Below are positions 60,201 through 64,000 of a stretch of 64,000 nt of DNA, piece after piece. The notes under the pieces are model-generated. The model did no database searches and had not been told where the DNA came from. It was given only the letters and a program-made list of their open reading frames with translations. Position numbers and translations under genes: made by a program. The DNA lies in the NCBI GenBank assembly GCA_010909165.1, contig VJWM01000254.1:1-64000 (forward strand), written 5' to 3'. This DNA is from Anthoceros angustus. Its lineage: Eukaryota; Plantae; Anthocerotophyta. Every line of letters begins with the position of its first letter. Within the stretch, counting starts at the first letter, position 1.

Positions 60201-61097
60201 GGGAGATTGTACGTAAGCGTCCTTGTTTTCCCACTGGCCCTCAGCACAGAAAGTAGGGTTGCTCCAAACAACACGCTTCTGGCCGCCATCCTCTTCAGCA
60301 AAGTCTGCACACAGTAGAAAACATACCCAAATCATTTTCCATGGCCAACACTCTGACGGAGAAACGGCTCTGATCATTTGACTACCAACACTGACCTTTA
60401 TCTGCTTGAAACAGCTCTTTAGCTTTCACGGCCTTAGTCCTCGATCCAAACTGCACCCTCCGTCCTGTATGTCATCAGCTCCACAACAATGTATTAGCAA
60501 CTTCGAAAAGAGCTCTCCACAAGGGCCCCACTGACTTCCTCAGCTGTTAAGAGTCTTGAACAACTGATCCCACGACTAGGCCTACAGTGCGAGCGAGCTA
60601 GGTGGAGAAGTTCGCCAACCTGATGCGCTCAATGACGGAACGAGGTCATCAGCCTGAGAAACCGCTCTATCAGCAGGAGTGCTCGCACAAACATCACCTA
60701 CAACATTCCCGTGCCTCCCGTCCTTGCCAGCCACACTCCCATTCACATTGATAGGCGACAAAGCCACGGACGCTGTTCTCGGCCAAACCTCCTCTCGGTA
60801 GTGCCTGGGAGGAGTAAACAAAGACTGTGGCTTCAGCTTCGTCCTCGTCTGTGACGTCTGCAGATTCTCGCTACCATTGTCCCGCTCAGCCACCTTCCTC
60901 CTTGGTGTAGTCCAACACTTCTCCAGCTGCGTCAGCCTGTTAGGATCCTCCCCGACCCGCCTAGCAGATCTTGCAGTCTGCGGCGTCCTCCTCTCAGCCA
61001 CGAGCCTGTCATAATCCTCCCTCCCTGTCGTCCTCACAGGAGTCCCCTTGAAGCTCGGGGGCGGCTTCTCAGCCTTAGCAGAACCCGGCTTCATCAT
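57252..61097 (-). CDS. Large uncharacterised plant protein (coiled coil plus basic S/T/P-rich disordered regions), at least 3 coding exons
   Basis: ~1000 aa terminal exon (acceptor ~60304), small exon ~60397-60464 and upstream exon from ATG 61097. Conserved-looking motifs VWSNPTF, EIRVLSEKLAEL, GRIVSAKF, RRGLSLG, VVASRY and SPRDSGCVKR. Confidence 0.75.
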
Positions 61098-62515
61098 CTT
61101 CGCAGCGTTCTTGATCCGGAAAGCCAGGAATTGCGAAGCACCGCCACTCGCTGCCTGCAAATAACCTTCGTGTCAGCCTGTCCAACCTACATCCTCATTC
61201 ACAACAACTCCAACACCTCCGCAATGCATGCCAAACACTCCAAAATACCAAACCAGCCAAACAAAACACAAAATGCATCAGCGGTCAAACGCCGATCCGC
61301 TCCAACAACCTCTGCCGCACACAGCAACGAAGCGCCACTGTTCTCCCCCGGCAGCAACAAGAAAAAACGCAAAACTGCAAAGTGAAGACCGCCGGTTGCC
61401 TCAGTCCATCCCAGCTCCCGCACACCGAGAACGAGCTGAAAAACTAGCCACAGTTCCAATTCCGTCAGAAACCCGACCCCGGCTCCTCACCTGTGTGTGG
61501 TAGCTAGCTAGCTAGCTGCAGCTTGCGGCTGCGTCCGGCATGGCAGGCTTGCTTCTTCAGATCAGCTCAGCTGAGGCGCTCCGGCACCGGCACCGACTCC
61601 GGCGACAGGGACGACCCTAGCAGCAGGCGCTGCCAGGGCTGCCTTCGAATTGAGCTCCGCCGCCAATGCCGGTGCGGGAGGAGCACAAATGGCAGTCGCG
61701 ATGGCGGAGGTGGAAAGGCGAGGCAGCCGCGACATGCAAGCGGGTGGTGCGGAGCAATTGTGGATCCGAGAAGGAGGCGGCGAGAGAGGAGGGGAGCGTG
61801 CAGCCCGGAGGCTTGGGGGCGATGCAAGGAATGCGTGGCAGAGGCGGCCGTTGAAGGCGGGATCCCGGGCGAGGCGCGAGCCCAGGCCGACTGCGCAAGG
61901 TGACCGTTAGCCTTGAACCTCGCTCCCCGCCTTTGCTAAATCCCTCCGTTAGCCCACCGCTTTTGAATGTGGCCCATTATCACACCACCTCCTCGCTGCG
62001 CTTTTTTGTGTGTGCATTGCCCACAGTTCCGGTGCGGGCCCCATGGCCCCATTGGACCGTTGCCTTGCCCGCTGCCAACGGTCCTCCTGCTTTTCCAACC
62101 TCCGTCTTTCCCTTCACTAGCAAAACAAGTGCCAACAGTCCCTGCAGCGGCGCAGTGCCCACGGTCGATACTAATACATGCAACGTAGGTATGTACAACT
62201 AATGATTCGAACTTAATAGTGTAATTCAATATTGCAATCATAATTTTCACTATAATTAATTATAATTAATGTAATAATCTAATTTACTTTACGTTAATAT
62301 AATCAATAGAAAAATGCATACTTTTGGCATGCTCTAGCCGCTTTGGCTTGCAACCAACATACATGTACGACCTGGAATAGGCCCTAAATCAGATACCTAA
62401 GCAAGACATTCATGTATATTGTCTACTAAATCTCAGTACATATAGAAATTATTTGAAAATATAGCTATTACCAGCGTCCCGAATATCTGCCTCCTAACAT
62501 CACCTTCATATATTC

Positions 62516-64000
62516 TCACACATTATCCTCCCTTGCGACACGAGGTAGAGTTTTTTCACTCTTTTCGGTCGTCACTTGTGGTACTCGTTGTTGATAGCAA
62601 GCATGAAGCACAAGCTGTACGATACCAGAAATAACACCTAATGCATTTGGGATCTACAATAAAATGAAGAACGAAGGTAAGTGCATTAATTTACTTTGTA
62701 GAAGAATATAGTAGGTGTTAATTCTTACCAACACGTAGACATCTTTTATGGCCACCGCAAAGGCTGTCCAGACCACTCCGCCCATGAACATGACAAGGGA
62801 TATCCAAAAGGGCATAGGTTTCACATCGCGTGTTTGGATTACCTTTTTCTGCCAATGTCATCACAATAAATTCATCAAGCTTATCAAGTTTGTTACTTGA
62901 AGAAAAAATGTTGTAAGAACATTATACAAGATATTCTAAGTTTGATGTAACATAATAAGTCGATTGATAAGATTACCACCACAACGAAAGGCGAGATGAA
63001 CATGGTACAATTGAACACCATAGCCACGAGTCCAATACTTATGGCCCTTTTGGTAGGGGGAATGTAAAATATCGTAACTAAGACCAAGCTTGCATATAGG
63101 ATTATGATTGCCAAAAAAGAAAGAAACAATTTAACCTGTAAATTTAGAGTAGAGTGTCAAAAAAATAAAATTAAATATTAATTCTAAATATGGATTTTTT
63201 TTGTTTCAAATGAGATGCCGAATCTTACTTTTAAAGGCCGCGTAGCGTAATATAAAAATAGAGAAAGCCATAATATTTCAAACCCGCAACCAATTGCATT
63301 CACGACTATAATAAACAATCCGTTAGGCTTGACTAGGGGTAGTCCGTATAAGCACCATAACAAGCAATTGAGTAGGGTAGCGATAAAAACTATTGATGAG
63401 AACTCGCCAGTAGACTGTTTCTCAACTATTTTTCGGAATGTTGGACTGCATTTATCAATTTTAACTGAATTAGGTCTTTAAAATCATGATCGTTCATTAT
63501 GAATTAAGTCTTTAAAATCATTGTCCTTGACTACAACCAAACTCAGAGGTAGTGATAACACATGCTGAAGCAAATTGGCAAAGCATTTCTAACTATCAAT
63601 AGCAAATCGTGTGAAGATGATCTATGTTAAATTTTAACACAATCAATCAAAAGAGAAGTTTTTTATGTGTACACTTACAAAGGTGAAGCGTACATAAGGA
63701 TGGCTGTTACGTTACCTGTTTGGTGCCAATGCCACACATGAGTATGATCAGATTGTATGATTGTTAAAACCTAATAGATTACCGCAAAATTCCACCTAAC
63801 AATTAACCTAATGGACAACCCTAGAATTCCATGCAACATTAACCAAATACATGATCCTAGAATTCCATCCAACAACAAACCTAAGAGATGACTCTCAAAG
63901 TCCACCCAACAATAAACCTAATAAATGACCCTAGAATCCCACTTAACAATTTTAAAGAAGGACGACTCACCCAAAATTCCAAGAATTGTGCCGGCAATCA
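62516..64000 (-). CDS. SWEET (MtN3/saliva) sugar transporter, 5' end at or beyond the window edge
   Basis: Exons IAGTILGILG|NVTAILMYASPL|PTFRKIVEKQSTGEFS...LWCLYGLP...|...MFISPF|KVIQTRDVKPMPFWIS|IPNALG...; stop TGA 62516-62518. Confidence 0.93.

Overview
Eukaryotic land-plant genomic DNA: compact, short GT-AG introns, and a PKA catalytic subunit gene, which suggests a seed-free plant such as a Selaginella-like lycophyte (inference). 838-11196 is a full-length minus-strand Ty3/Gypsy Tat-type LTR retrotransposon with both LTRs, PBS, PPT and TSD. It carries the extra archaeal-type RNase H, an apparent second degenerate copy of that domain, and a 3' extra ORF. The main find is a multi-exon minus-strand locus at 11741-17853 encoding two tandem LRR blocks, a TORNADO1-type Roc GTPase-COR module and a C-terminal animal-type caspase domain. 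The caspase has p20 and p10, the His/Cys dyad (AHGG, NACR) and both S1 arginines, which predicts Asp specificity rather than a metacaspase. The p10 half is missed by the ORF track. This copy has nonsense and frameshift lesions (pseudogene or poorly polished consensus). Next come an intron-rich PKA catalytic subunit gene, a nested repeat/TE block (foldback-like arms, MULE, RLE-type non-LTR fragments) and an ordinary gene-dense region: TUBBY-like F-box, SCPL, CCZ1, FLIP/DUF4487, ARM-repeat protein, CBF5/dyskerin, an uncharacterised large protein and a SWEET transporter that runs off the window end. All family assignments come from motif recognition by eye, not database searches.
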